Assembly (NCBI GenBank): GCA_963738405.1
Contig: CAVTWJ010000010.1
Coordinates: 1 to 64,000, forward strand
Source: a candidate division FCPU426 bacterium
Lineage (GTDB): Bacteria; Oederibacteriota; Muellerivitia; Muellerivitales; Muellerivitaceae
DNA: 64,000 nt
Reading direction: 5' to 3'
Position numbers and translations under genes: made by a program. Positions 41,299-51,374 of the stretch are shown here, in pieces. A model generated the notes under the pieces. The model did no database searches. It was not told the origin of the DNA and was given only the letters and a program-made list of their open reading frames with translations. Each line of letters begins with the position of its first letter. Position 1 is the stretch's first letter.

Positions 41299-42615
41299 TT
41301 ACTCTTGAAACTCCGGGATTTCAACCGTGCTGTCAACCAACCGCGCGGCCTTGTTGCCCACATCCACGGCGAAATTAGTACCCCGGTCCTCGGGATAGAC
41401 TAAAGCCATATTGGCCAGAAAAAGATTGTGGATAGGTGTTTCGTATCCGGGTTTCAGGGCGCTGTAATGGAGTGGCACCACCGGTTGGGCGAAGAGGTCC
41501 TGGAACAAATAAATTTCCTCGATTACGGAAGGATCGAACCCGGGCTTGATGCTTTGGAGGTGGGGAAGCAATTCAGCGAAAATATCCTCTTTTTTCATCT
41601 TGAAGTACTTGTGGTCTTGCGGGAGATAGTTGGCCACATACATCAAATGCTTACCGCCATACCATTCCCGGGGAGCGAAATTGGTGTGCTCGATGAGGGC
41701 CAGAATAGGATTATCCGAGTCGCCGACATTGATCCAATACATGTCGCTGAATTTTTCTTTCATCACCAGGATTAGGCATTGGGCGCCTAGAAAATCAAGT
41801 TGGGTGAGGCGTTGAACGTAGTCGTTGGGAAGCTCCGGGCAGGTTTTTAGGAAGATGGGGGTCGCGGCCGCGAAGATCAATTTATCAAACGTTTTTTCCC
41901 CATCGGGCAATTCCAAACCCTTGAACTCGGCGTTTTGGGTCAGGACCCGCCGGATGGGCGTGTTCAGGTGGATCCGCACTCCCGCTTTGCTCGCGCCCTC
42001 GGCGAGGGCATGATGAAACACCTCGAAGCCGCCCTTGAAGTAGCCAAGGGTCTCCTTGGCCCCCTTGCGCGAGGAGAATCGGGTATGAACCCTGGCCCAG
42101 AACCAAGCCATGGCAACCTTGTCGAAGTAACGGTCGAATTTTCCTTTTAAAAGGGGTTCCCAGATGATCCGCATAACGGCGGGTCCGGTGTGCTTTTTAA
42201 GCCATTCATAGGCGGTGACGGATTCAAAAGGCTTCCAGTTATTCTTCAAACCCAGATAAAGACCCTGGAAGCCAAACCAGATTCTTTCCCAGAAGGGAAG
42301 GAGGGGCAGCTTTAAGATTTGGGAGGGGGTTCCGAAGGGGTAAAGTTTACCTTGATATGAAAGGCCCATTTGGCTTGGAAGCCAGTGTAGGCTGTCCCGG
42401 ATACCTAACTCATCTACCAGCCCCCTAATCTTCACGTCGCTGGTGAAAATATGATGGTAATACCTCTCTAAGGTTGTTCCTGCGATGGGAAAACCGGCGG
42501 CCAAACCGCCCACATGATCAGAAGCCTCATAAACATCCACTTCATGGCCCTTTTTGGCCAGGCGATAGGCCGCTGTCAGGCCCGCTACCCCCGCCCCAAC
42601 GACACCAATTTTCAT
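41299..42615 (-). CDS. FAD-dependent oxidoreductase (protoporphyrinogen/amine oxidase-like)
   Basis: VVGAGVAGL, GGLA, ERYYHHIF, YPEDRG. ATGA overlap with the upstream gene. Confidence 0.85.
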   Translation of the reverse strand: MKIGVVGAGVAGLTAAYRLAKKGHEVDVYEASDHVGGLAAGFPIAGTTLERYYHHIFTSDVKIRGLVDELGIRDSLHWLPSQMGLSYQGKLYPFGTPSQILKLPLLPFWERIWFGFQGLYLGLKNNWKPFESVTAYEWLKKHTGPAVMRIIWEPLLKGKFDRYFDKVAMAWFWARVHTRFSSRKGAKETLGYFKGGFEVFHHALAEGASKAGVRIHLNTPIRRVLTQNAEFKGLELPDGEKTFDKLIFAAATPIFLKTCPELPNDYVQRLTQLDFLGAQCLILVMKEKFSDMYWINVGDSDNPILALIEHTNFAPREWYGGKHLMYVANYLPQDHKYFKMKKEDIFAELLPHLQSIKPGFDPSVIEEIYLFQDLFAQPVVPLHYSALKPGYETPIHNLFLANMALVYPEDRGTNFAVDVGNKAARLVDSTVEIPEFQE

Positions 42616-43643
42616 TTTTTTGCCCTTTTCGGTTTTTGTTCTTCTTCCCGGCTTTTTTCCAGTTTTTTGAGGCTTAGGTGTTCCAGGCTCATGTAGTAAA
42701 GCCCCAAAAGATTGATGGGAAGCCATACCACGAAGTGGACAATGAGGATATAGCCGACGGCCACCTCGGTTGGAACCGTAAGGGAAATAAGGAGTGTTTT
42801 TCCCACAAATTCAAAAAGCCCGAAACCGCCCGGGGCATTGGGAACCAGAATGGCGATGTTTACCACCGCCATGAGCAAAGCGGCTGACCAAAGGGTGATC
42901 GGGGTTGGGGCGATTCCCATGCCGATGGCGAGAAGATAATAGCTGCCGAACTCACAGGTCCAGGCGGCCAAAGAAAAGGCCAATACGAGAAACGACTCGC
43001 GGATGTTTTGAAGAATCTTAAGACCATCGATGAAAGTATGGGCGATTTTATCAAGCGGGCTGCTTATCTTGGTGGGGAGAAGCTGGGTGAAAAAACCGAC
43101 CACCCACATGGCTCGGTCCCGCAGTAAAACAACAATAAACAAAACTAAAAAGGCGGTGCCGAAAACGTAGGGACATTTGTGTATGGCAGATTGAAGCCGC
43201 GGGTCAAGGGTTTCGGTTTGCAGATGACCAAAGGTGAGGGCGGCCCAGAGGATAATCAGCATGGCTAGGCCGTCAAAGATGCGCTCAACGATGATAGTGG
43301 CCAAGGACGCGCTTCGACTGATGTTTTCTTTGCTTCCGTTTAAATAAGCCCGAACAAATTCTCCAGCCCTGGCGGGCAAAAGATTGTTAGCCATGAACCC
43401 GATGATCAAAGTGGGAAAAAGATTGTTAAAAGAACACTTTTTGATGGGTGAAAGGAGGATCACCCAGCGGAATCCGCGGATAATATAACCGGCAAGATAA
43501 ATCAAAAGGGCCGGAAGAAGCCAGATGAGTTGAAAATGAAAAATCGCGTCCCAAAGCTGGTCCCAATGAACGTCTTTTAACACAAAAAAGAACATCACGG
43601 CCATGACGAGGAAACCAAACCAAATAACTTTTTTGGATAACAT
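42612..43643 (-). CDS. Lysylphosphatidylglycerol-synthase-TM (UPF0104) flippase-like protein
   Basis: RGFRW, NNLLPARAGE, VERIFD, PNAPGGFGLFE. Confidence 0.85.
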   Translation of the reverse strand: MLSKKVIWFGFLVMAVMFFFVLKDVHWDQLWDAIFHFQLIWLLPALLIYLAGYIIRGFRWVILLSPIKKCSFNNLFPTLIIGFMANNLLPARAGEFVRAYLNGSKENISRSASLATIIVERIFDGLAMLIILWAALTFGHLQTETLDPRLQSAIHKCPYVFGTAFLVLFIVVLLRDRAMWVVGFFTQLLPTKISSPLDKIAHTFIDGLKILQNIRESFLVLAFSLAAWTCEFGSYYLLAIGMGIAPTPITLWSAALLMAVVNIAILVPNAPGGFGLFEFVGKTLLISLTVPTEVAVGYILIVHFVVWLPINLLGLYYMSLEHLSLKKLEKSREEEQKPKRAKK

Positions 43644-43810
43644 TGCGCCCTTTCTTTCTTGAAATGCGCCAGTATTTTGCCCGAAATGGGTCGAAAATAG
43701 AAATGGTTTTAGGGGTAAACCGTTCGCCTTTAAGCGATCGACCGAATAGGTGGTGACATCCCAAAGGGCGAAGTAGAATAACTTCGATTGATAACCCTCA
43801 GGAGGATTTT

Positions 43811-44911
43811 ATGAAAAGCAACTTTTGGCTGGGTTTGGGGTTGGTATGGGTGTTTCCCGCCTGGGTCGCGGCGCAAACTCCAACTTCTGCGGCGATAAAT
43901 CCTTCGGATGCCGCCTCCAGCCCGGCGGCGTCCTCTAGCTTTAAAAGTTTCAAAGAGGCCTATAAGGCGGGTAACCAGGCGGCGAAGGACCGGAAATGGG
44001 ATGATGCGGCCGGGGATTACGCTCAAGCGGCATCACTGGCCCCCAACGATAAATCCAAAAGCCAGGCTTTAAATTCACAAGGATGGGCGCTCCTCAAGCA
44101 AAAGAAATGGAAGCCAGCCGAGGCTGCCCTTAAACAGGCGGTCGATGCCGATGGAACCAATAAAACGGCCGAAAAAAACCTGGGAGTGGCTAGTTTTCGT
44201 ATTTATGAATACGGCTTTGGAGGTCCTGAAGACCTAAAAATGGCCGTCACGAATCTGGAGGCGGGGGGAGACACGGACCTGTTGGAAATGGCCAAGGGCG
44301 CCCAGACGAGGGAAGACAGCTACGCTCAGGTGACTCCGGAGGCCGAACCCAAACTGAATAGCTTGAGCTACAAGGCGCTGGTGGCTTTGGGGAACAAGGC
44401 CCAGGCCCAGGGTGAATTCGACCTCGCTTTGAAAATTTTCAAGAAGGCGGGGGAAGTGGCGCGCTCCGCCGTCTCCCAAGGCAACGCAGCTAATCTTCAA
44501 GGAAAACTCCTTTTGGATGCCCGCCGCCCGCACGAGTCCATTCCCTATTTTGAAGAGGCCGTCAAGGATCAGCCAAATGAAAAGGTTTACTTGAATAACT
44601 TGGGTTTTGGCTACTGGGTCTATTACGATTCGGGAAAGGGTGATGAGGAAACCTTGAAAAAAGCTGTCGACGCCTTTTATAAAGCCAACGCGATTGACCC
44701 ATCTTTTCATAAAGATAACCTCGTGATGGCCTTGGATGAGTTGAGAGAAATTGATCCGGACGCGGCCAAAAAATATTCGGCGACCACTGAAAAATCCGAG
44801 GATGCCACTTCGGATGAAGCTTCTAACGAATCGTCCGCCACTTCCCCGGCCGCTTCCGAAACCCCATCGCATAAAACAGATGAAGTCCCCGAGGGTGATA
44901 ATTCCAAGTAA
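43811..44911 (+). CDS. Secreted TPR protein
   Basis: Signal peptide, TPR helices, acidic tail. Confidence 0.75.
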   Translation: MKSNFWLGLGLVWVFPAWVAAQTPTSAAINPSDAASSPAASSSFKSFKEAYKAGNQAAKDRKWDDAAGDYAQAASLAPNDKSKSQALNSQGWALLKQKKWKPAEAALKQAVDADGTNKTAEKNLGVASFRIYEYGFGGPEDLKMAVTNLEAGGDTDLLEMAKGAQTREDSYAQVTPEAEPKLNSLSYKALVALGNKAQAQGEFDLALKIFKKAGEVARSAVSQGNAANLQGKLLLDARRPHESIPYFEEAVKDQPNEKVYLNNLGFGYWVYYDSGKGDEETLKKAVDAFYKANAIDPSFHKDNLVMALDELREIDPDAAKKYSATTEKSEDATSDEASNESSATSPAASETPSHKTDEVPEGDNSK

Positions 44912-45554
44912 CCTCCCAATAACCCCTCAAAGGCAACTGGATCTGTTGCATGGGAGAATCCGGGCCTGTTCCCTCTGCTTTCCCAAGGGAGGGAACTGTC
45001 CGGTCTCGGGTACGGGTACGGCTTTAAAAGGCGGCCTTTTTTTATTGGGCCAAGCCCCCGGGATCAAAGAACCAGCGGCTCAAAAAAATTTCGCTTGGAC
45101 CGCCGGGAAGCGGCTTTTTCAATGGTTCGCAACCATCGGAATGTCCGAGGAAAATATCAGGATTCACGCTTACATTACCGCTGTCACCAAGTGTTATCCG
45201 GGCAAGGCTTCTCATGGCAAGGGCGACCGTAAACCCAGCCCTGCCGAAGTCGCCCATTGTTCCCCTTACCTTCAAGAAGCCCTGCGCCTACTAGCTCCCT
45301 CAGTCATCGTACCCATCGGCGCTATGGCCATTGAACAGGTTATGGGACCTCATCTTTTTTCCGACGTGATCGGAAGGGAGTTCAAAAAGGATATGCCGGG
45401 GGGAAAGGCTTTTATTATTCCTATTCCCCATCCCTCGGGGGCTAGTCCTTGGCCCTATCTGCCTGGTAACAGAGAAAAATTAGATAAAGCCTTCCGGTTG
45501 ATCCGGTCCCGGCTTCTTAAAGAAAAGCTTTATTCCCGTTTTGAAAGCGTGTGA
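44895..45554 (+). CDS. Uracil-DNA glycosylase superfamily protein
   Basis: CSLC, GQAPG, KCYPG, DRKP, PHPSG. Start uncertain. Confidence 0.85.
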   Translation: MIIPSNLPITPQRQLDLLHGRIRACSLCFPKGGNCPVSGTGTALKGGLFLLGQAPGIKEPAAQKNFAWTAGKRLFQWFATIGMSEENIRIHAYITAVTKCYPGKASHGKGDRKPSPAEVAHCSPYLQEALRLLAPSVIVPIGAMAIEQVMGPHLFSDVIGREFKKDMPGGKAFIIPIPHPSGASPWPYLPGNREKLDKAFRLIRSRLLKEKLYSRFESV

Positions 45555-45664
45555 AGTTTGAATGGCTGTATCTTTTAAAAAGCATTGGATAAAATAACCC
45601 CTCTTGCCGTGCCGTTGAACCAGGGCGGTGTTTTCAAACGACTTCAATTGATAAGGAGAGCCTC

Positions 45665-47134
45665 ATGCAATTTTTGACCATCTCGACCCCCGCGGCAAAA
45701 GATAACTGCTTGATATATTTTGCCTATGAAAAGGAAAAGGGCTTTGCAAATGCCTTGGGGAAAGAAGGGGACTTAATTCGCACGGGGCTTGAAGCGGAAG
45801 GATTTACGGGAAAGGAATCTTCTGCGGCCGTTGCCTATCCACGGGGCAAGGGCGAGACCCACAAGGTCATTGCCTTAGGGTTGGGGCCCAAATCAGGCTT
45901 CAGCTTGGAATCCATTCGAAGGGCAGGCGGCCGGTTGGCCCGGAAGGCGCGGGAAATCAGGCTAGAAGAAATAGCGGTTGTTTGGCCGGGGTTTTTTACC
46001 GATGAACATTTATCGGCTTTCGCCGAGGGGCTTTTGCTTGGTTCCTATCAATTCAACAGATATAAAACAGCCAGCAAGGATAGTCCTGCCGGTCTACAGA
46101 AGGTTTATGTTCAAGTCAAAAAGGATCGGAAATCCAAAGCTGATAAAGCTTTGGCGCAAGCCCAGGCTTTTGGGGCAGGGACCCTTTTGGCTAGAGACCT
46201 TATCAATGGAGCGCCCAGCGATGTGACTCCCAAAGTTTTGGCTGACACGGCCCGAAAAATTGCCAAGGGCAATATCCGGCTTAAACTTTTTGTGAAAAAA
46301 GACCTGATCCGGATGGGAGCGGGCGGCCTCCTGGGGGTAAACCGGGGAAGTGCACAGGAACCCTACCTCATTCATCTCCATTACAAACCTAAAGGAAAAA
46401 CGAATAAGTCTATCGCCTTGGTGGGCAAGGGAATAACCTTTGATTCGGGGGGGTTGTCCTTGAAACCCGCTTCCGGCATGGAAACCATGAAAATGGATAT
46501 GTCGGGTGCCGCGGCGGTTTTGGGTGTTTTCAGCCAATTAGCTAAAACTCAGCCTCAAATCGAGGTTCATGGAATCATTCCTACCACTGAAAATATGCCC
46601 GGGGGCAGGGCCTATAAGCCCGGCGATGTTTTGACAGCGCTCAATGGGAAGACGATGGAAGTCCTAAACACCGATGCGGAAGGAAGGCTGATTCTTTCGG
46701 ACGGGCTCAGCTATGCTGAGCGCATGAAGGTTGACGGTATTATCGATTTGGCGACTCTGACTGGGGCTTGTGTGGTGGCCCTTGGATCTCTCGTGGCTGG
46801 AGCTTTGTCCAATAATGAGGCCTTTCTTAACAGGTTTAAGGCCGCAACCGAAGTGGAAGGTGAACCCATTTGGGAATTACCACTTGTGAATGAGTATAAA
46901 GATGACATCAAAAGTAAGGTGGCCGACATAAAGAATATTGGAAGCGGAAGGGAAGCTGGAACCATTACGGCGGCACTTTTTCTTCAAGAATTTGTGGGGG
47001 AAACCCCCTGGATTCACTTGGATATTGCTGGTCCCGCCTATTTGGAAAGGGAATTTTCGGCCGTTCCCTATTTGACCCATGGTGGAACCGGGCTTATGGT
47101 TCGAAGTCTGCTGAATTTCCTCGAAAATGAGTGA
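45665..47134 (+). CDS. pepA: Leucyl aminopeptidase (M17)
   Basis: GKGITFDSGG, MKMDMSG, NTDAEGRL, ATLTG, HLDIAG. Confidence 0.95.
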   Translation: MQFLTISTPAAKDNCLIYFAYEKEKGFANALGKEGDLIRTGLEAEGFTGKESSAAVAYPRGKGETHKVIALGLGPKSGFSLESIRRAGGRLARKAREIRLEEIAVVWPGFFTDEHLSAFAEGLLLGSYQFNRYKTASKDSPAGLQKVYVQVKKDRKSKADKALAQAQAFGAGTLLARDLINGAPSDVTPKVLADTARKIAKGNIRLKLFVKKDLIRMGAGGLLGVNRGSAQEPYLIHLHYKPKGKTNKSIALVGKGITFDSGGLSLKPASGMETMKMDMSGAAAVLGVFSQLAKTQPQIEVHGIIPTTENMPGGRAYKPGDVLTALNGKTMEVLNTDAEGRLILSDGLSYAERMKVDGIIDLATLTGACVVALGSLVAGALSNNEAFLNRFKAATEVEGEPIWELPLVNEYKDDIKSKVADIKNIGSGREAGTITAALFLQEFVGETPWIHLDIAGPAYLEREFSAVPYLTHGGTGLMVRSLLNFLENE

Positions 47135-47269
47135 TTTTCGTCAATAGGAAAGGGGTAACTCCCCTTTCTTGGATCTGAATTCCCCAATTGATAATTGGTT
47201 GAGTTATTTATATTTTTCCTTAGAAACTGGATGGCCTGCGAAGAAATTCAGGCCTTTTGACTTCAATTA

Positions 47270-47296
47270 TGAAACCTGCGGGCCTTTTGAACCGTC
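47270..47296 (+). promoter_or_regulatory. Putative ECF-type autoregulatory promoter
   Basis: TGAAAC-17-CGTC directly upstream of the ECF sigma gene. Confidence 0.55.
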
Positions 47297-47322
47297 CTAA
47301 GAATAGGTAAGCCAGGTGAAAC

Positions 47323-47871
47323 ATGACCGAACTTGAGGCGATTGATCGGTGCCGGGCGGGGGATATCGCCGGGCTTCATGTTTTATATGAACTTCATCAA
47401 AAAAAGGTTTACAACCTTTCCTGGAGGATGCTGGGAACCCCTCAAGATGCCGAAGACGCCTTGCAAGAAGTTTTTATTAAGGTTTTCGATCGAGTCAAAA
47501 ATTACCGGGGTGATTCGGCTTTCAGCACCTGGTTGTACCGGATGACCGCCAATCATTGCCTTGATATCCTGAGGAGGCGGAAGATACTCTCGTTTATGGG
47601 GTTTGAGAACGCCCCGGAAGTGGAAGACAAAAAGCAAAGCGGCCGGGAAGTGGACCTGGGGTTGAGCCCGGTAATTGAAGCGGCCCTCCAAAAACTGCCC
47701 GAGAAACAGCGGGTCTGCTTGTTGATGCGGGAAATGGAAGAATTAAGTTACGAGGAAATAGCCGAGGCTTTGGGTCTTTCCCTGGGATCGGTTAAGTCGA
47801 ACATTTTTCGGGCGAAGGGATTTTTAAAATCCAGCCTGGAAAAAGAAGGGGTTTCACCCGCGGATCTTTAA
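47323..47871 (+). CDS. ECF RNA polymerase sigma factor
   Basis: DAEDALQEVF, FSTWLYR, LSYEEIA...GSVKSNIFRA. Confidence 0.95.
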   Translation: MTELEAIDRCRAGDIAGLHVLYELHQKKVYNLSWRMLGTPQDAEDALQEVFIKVFDRVKNYRGDSAFSTWLYRMTANHCLDILRRRKILSFMGFENAPEVEDKKQSGREVDLGLSPVIEAALQKLPEKQRVCLLMREMEELSYEEIAEALGLSLGSVKSNIFRAKGFLKSSLEKEGVSPADL

Positions 47872-47899
47872 ACCGGGTGCAACGAACGCGAGGTGGACC

Positions 47900-48331
47900 A
47901 TGAAAATCGAATGGAAAGACCAGGATCTGGAACGGATCTTGAAAAACCTGAATGAAACTGAAAAAGTTTCCCAGGTTTCCGATAGGGTTTGGGCGCGAAT
48001 TGAGTCCTGCCTTTCTGAGCGGGAGTCTTCTTGGTTGAATCATAAGGTGTGGCGCCCGCTGGGCCATCCGATCCGCTGGGTTATGGCGGCTAGTTTTCTT
48101 TTTTTGGCTTTGGGTGCTGCCGTTTACCAAAACCAGTTTAAAGAACAGATGGACCTAAATGCCTATCTTCTGAACATCTCCAACCCGGCCGAAAATATCG
48201 CCAAGGATTCGGGTGAGGTAAGGATTTCTTCCATCATTTCGGAAACTCCCAGCCAGGAGGGCGCGGTGATTTTAATCGGCGATGATGAGCACCCAGCTGT
48301 TCAAATAAGCGGGGATGACCTGCTGCTTTGA
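47900..48331 (+). CDS. Putative anti-sigma membrane protein
   Basis: Single TM, directly after the ECF sigma. Confidence 0.6.
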   Translation: MKIEWKDQDLERILKNLNETEKVSQVSDRVWARIESCLSERESSWLNHKVWRPLGHPIRWVMAASFLFLALGAAVYQNQFKEQMDLNAYLLNISNPAENIAKDSGEVRISSIISETPSQEGAVILIGDDEHPAVQISGDDLLL

Positions 48332-48362
48332 TCCATCAACCTGCAGGGACAAGGGGTTCAAA

Positions 48363-48842
48363 ATGAGTAATACTCGATGGGCTTTGGCCTTTATCCTGGG
48401 AATGATTTTTTGCGGTCCCTCCGCTGCGGTTTCAGAAAACGCTTCTACGGTTTCGGATGGAAAAGCCAAGCCCGCTGAAACCGAATTGGGTCAAATCCCA
48501 CGGTTTCAAATCCTCAAGAAGCTTCAGTTAACCCCCAAACAAATGGACCGGCTCTACACTCTGCGCGCCCATTACCGAAAAACAGACGCTGAATTAAAAG
48601 GGAAACTTCAGGTAAAACAGGTGGAACTGGAAAATGAGTTGGAAAAGCCCAGTCCCGAGCCCTTAAAAATTGATCAAATCACCGGCGAAATTGGGGTGCT
48701 TTACGGCCAGCGCATCGCTCTGAAAGCCAAATCCAATATTGAATTGGAAGACAATATTCTCACCCCCGATCAAGAGGAAAAACTGAAAGAAATTGAGTCG
48801 AAGGTTTTGACTCCCGAATCAACCGCAAACCCCAAAAATTAA
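48363..48842 (+). CDS. Spy/CpxP-family periplasmic protein
   Basis: Signal peptide, LQLTPKQ and ILTPDQ (LTxxQ) motifs. Confidence 0.8.
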   Translation: MSNTRWALAFILGMIFCGPSAAVSENASTVSDGKAKPAETELGQIPRFQILKKLQLTPKQMDRLYTLRAHYRKTDAELKGKLQVKQVELENELEKPSPEPLKIDQITGEIGVLYGQRIALKAKSNIELEDNILTPDQEEKLKEIESKVLTPESTANPKN

Positions 48843-48988
48843 CAATTAAAATTGCGCTTTGAGAAAGATTTACCCAAAGTGCGACTTTCTTAAGATGTCT
48901 GAAAAAACTGGACGGCAAATTTTATCCATTTTTTTCTTTCAATTCGTTTAACTTTGACAATTTGACTGTTAGAAGTAAAATTTAATAC

Positions 48989-49552
48989 ATGAGCCTTTTG
49001 ATTATGAACCTCGCCTCCCCCTTCCTGAACTACCTGAAAAGGCTGGTGACAGGTATTGAGTTCAAAAAGTTCAAGGACGCCGTCCGCCGCAATCCCAATG
49101 ACCACCTCTTAAGGGTTCGTTTCGCTAAGTTCTGTCTGAACCAATATTTCGACGAAAAGGGCAAGTCCAAAATGCACGGAGTGGAAGCGGTCAATCAATT
49201 TGAGAATATCAACCATTCTGAAGTGATGGACTTGGAAGTTTATTATTTGATGGGGAAGTTTTATCAGGGTCAAAACAATGAAAAGGCCATCGCAATTTAC
49301 CGGAAGGGAATTACCCGTTATAACGAGTTTTCCACAAAGAACTTGGATTTCCGGCACGAGTATGTGGAACTGGCTTTTTCCATCGCCTTGAATTTGCTGC
49401 ACCTTGAAAACAATCAGGCCGACCCTGAATTGGAGAAATTTTTCAAAGTTATCCGAAGGACTTATCTCAAGAGATTTTTTGACGAAAAAATGGGTTTTGG
49501 CCCCGAGATTCTTGGCGGAGCCCACGGCGATGTCCGCCCCATTGCCAACTAA
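48989..49552 (+). CDS. Hypothetical TPR-like protein
   Basis: Helical 187-aa ORF with YYLMGKFY TPR-like motif. Confidence 0.6.
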   Translation: MSLLIMNLASPFLNYLKRLVTGIEFKKFKDAVRRNPNDHLLRVRFAKFCLNQYFDEKGKSKMHGVEAVNQFENINHSEVMDLEVYYLMGKFYQGQNNEKAIAIYRKGITRYNEFSTKNLDFRHEYVELAFSIALNLLHLENNQADPELEKFFKVIRRTYLKRFFDEKMGFGPEILGGAHGDVRPIAN

Positions 49553-49620
49553 GCTTCCTACCTAAAATCCTTTATCTCCCTGTCTTTACCGGTTCTTTAC
49601 CCGCCCTTTTTTGATTTTTT

Positions 49621-50235
49621 CTAAACTAACGGCTTAATTTTATCGGCTAGGGTCATGAGGCTCCAGGCGAGGATAAAGCCGACCCCTAAGAAAAAAATAT
49701 AAAGTCCAGGGCTGAAAAAGGGGAAATGGGGCCCGGCCACCATGCAAAAAACCAAGGGAACAGATAAATAAGCGTTCAACCGGGACGCCTTAACCGCTCG
49801 CGGCCCCAGGAAAGGGGGAACGGGCTGTCCTGTTTTGATCCCCTGGATGATCTTGCGCTGGCAAGGCCAGATGATAAACCAGACGTTGAACCACATGAGG
49901 GTTCCAAAGGCCATCCCGGTCAAAATCCAGTAGCCGGGGGGGCTGTTGAGGTCCCGGACGTGGCCCGGCGCCAAGTAAACCAAGTAAAGAAGCGCCAAAC
50001 CTAAGATAAAGGTGGCCATAGCGGCCCAGCGGAAAAAGAAAAGGGCGCGGGGCATCAATTCGGGCACGACCTTTTGCCGGGTTTCAGAAGTGAGGGTCTT
50101 GTTGAAGGGGCCGTTGACAAGGTTAAAAAAATACAATAAACCCACCCAAACAATGCTCGAAACAACATGAAGCCACCGGATGATGATTTCGGCAAGGTAA
50201 CCGGGTCCAATATCCATTTTTTCCTCCAGATCCAT
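49621..50235 (-). CDS. Urate oxidase N-terminal (PuuD-like) membrane protein
   Basis: RWLHV...WVGLLYFFN, FRWAA, MWFNVWFIIWP, SRLN. Confidence 0.75.
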   Translation of the reverse strand: MDLEEKMDIGPGYLAEIIIRWLHVVSSIVWVGLLYFFNLVNGPFNKTLTSETRQKVVPELMPRALFFFRWAAMATFILGLALLYLVYLAPGHVRDLNSPPGYWILTGMAFGTLMWFNVWFIIWPCQRKIIQGIKTGQPVPPFLGPRAVKASRLNAYLSVPLVFCMVAGPHFPFFSPGLYIFFLGVGFILAWSLMTLADKIKPLV

Positions 50236-50406
50236 TGTCCTAAGAACGAAATCCTACGGTAGGGATGAAGTGGGGCCCTGTCAAGCAATGGGCCGGAAAG
50301 GGCTTTGTATTTTTCGTTTTGATTCCTTGAAGGCTTTTGTGCATGATGAAGGCCTGCCCCTTTTAGTTTGGGGAAGAATCAAGTCAATTCAGGGATTTAA
50401 GACTGC

Positions 50407-51276
50407 ATGAACGAATGTGAACAGTTGCACCCCCATCTGCGGGGGTACTTGGATGATCGGTTAACCGCCCGGGACCGCCGTATGGTGGCTCGTCATCTCA
50501 ATCTTTGCGCCAACGCCCGCAAGGAACTGGATCGGCTCCGCCAAGGGGTCAAACCCGCGACCGTTTTGGACCAGCCCTTGAACGTGCCTTGGGATCAAAA
50601 AATTCTTAATTGGATGTTTCGGCCAAAACCGGTCAAGGATGATCCTCCCCCGGGTCTTTCCACAAAATCCCCCAAACGCCGTTCGGGTTCAATCCCTTCA
50701 TCTTCCACTGAATCTCCCTCGGCACCACCGCCCAAGAACCCCTCCCTTTTACGAAGCCCACTACTTTGGTTCATGGTTCTTCTTTTGGGACTCATCTTTT
50801 TGACCCATCTGGTACAAAACGCCGGCCAATACAAAAGTCTCGTGAGCATTCAGCGATGGATGGCCCGCCAGGGGATTTCTTTTTTTGGACCCAAATCCAC
50901 TTTGGATTTGGTCATGGACGTGACCCTTCCCCATTGGGAGGGTGACGATTCTCCTGTTGGTTTTGAATACGGGGATATTGTCAGGGATCAGGAGCATTTA
51001 CAGGTTTACTGGATGCTTCTGGAACCCGGAGTGGATATGCCCCAGATCGATTTTACCAAAAACGTTCTAGTACTACGTTTTCTGGGTCAGAAGCCAACAC
51101 CCGGGTATGGGATCAAATTCAAACGGTTGGAGGATTATTCGGACAAGACCCTGGTTTATTACGACGAATGGGGCCCCTCAGCGGCCTCGACCCTGACGGG
51201 GGACACCCGGCCCTGGACACTCCAAGTCATTCCAAAACCTCCCCAGGAACCTTTGCTTCAACAGAAAATTCAGTGA
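50407..51276 (+). CDS. zf-HC2 anti-sigma-like protein with PrcB-C-like extracytoplasmic domain
   Basis: N-terminal C...HLNLC, TM, IDF...GQKPTPGYGI motif. Confidence 0.65.
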   Translation: MNECEQLHPHLRGYLDDRLTARDRRMVARHLNLCANARKELDRLRQGVKPATVLDQPLNVPWDQKILNWMFRPKPVKDDPPPGLSTKSPKRRSGSIPSSSTESPSAPPPKNPSLLRSPLLWFMVLLLGLIFLTHLVQNAGQYKSLVSIQRWMARQGISFFGPKSTLDLVMDVTLPHWEGDDSPVGFEYGDIVRDQEHLQVYWMLLEPGVDMPQIDFTKNVLVLRFLGQKPTPGYGIKFKRLEDYSDKTLVYYDEWGPSAASTLTGDTRPWTLQVIPKPPQEPLLQQKIQ

Positions 51277-51374
51277 AGAAGGGGCCCCTGGCCTTTAAGA
51301 TTTGTTGAAAAACTCGGTTATCCTCTGTCGTGAATAATTCCCCTCATTAGGAACTTAGGTTCAAGGAGACTGTT

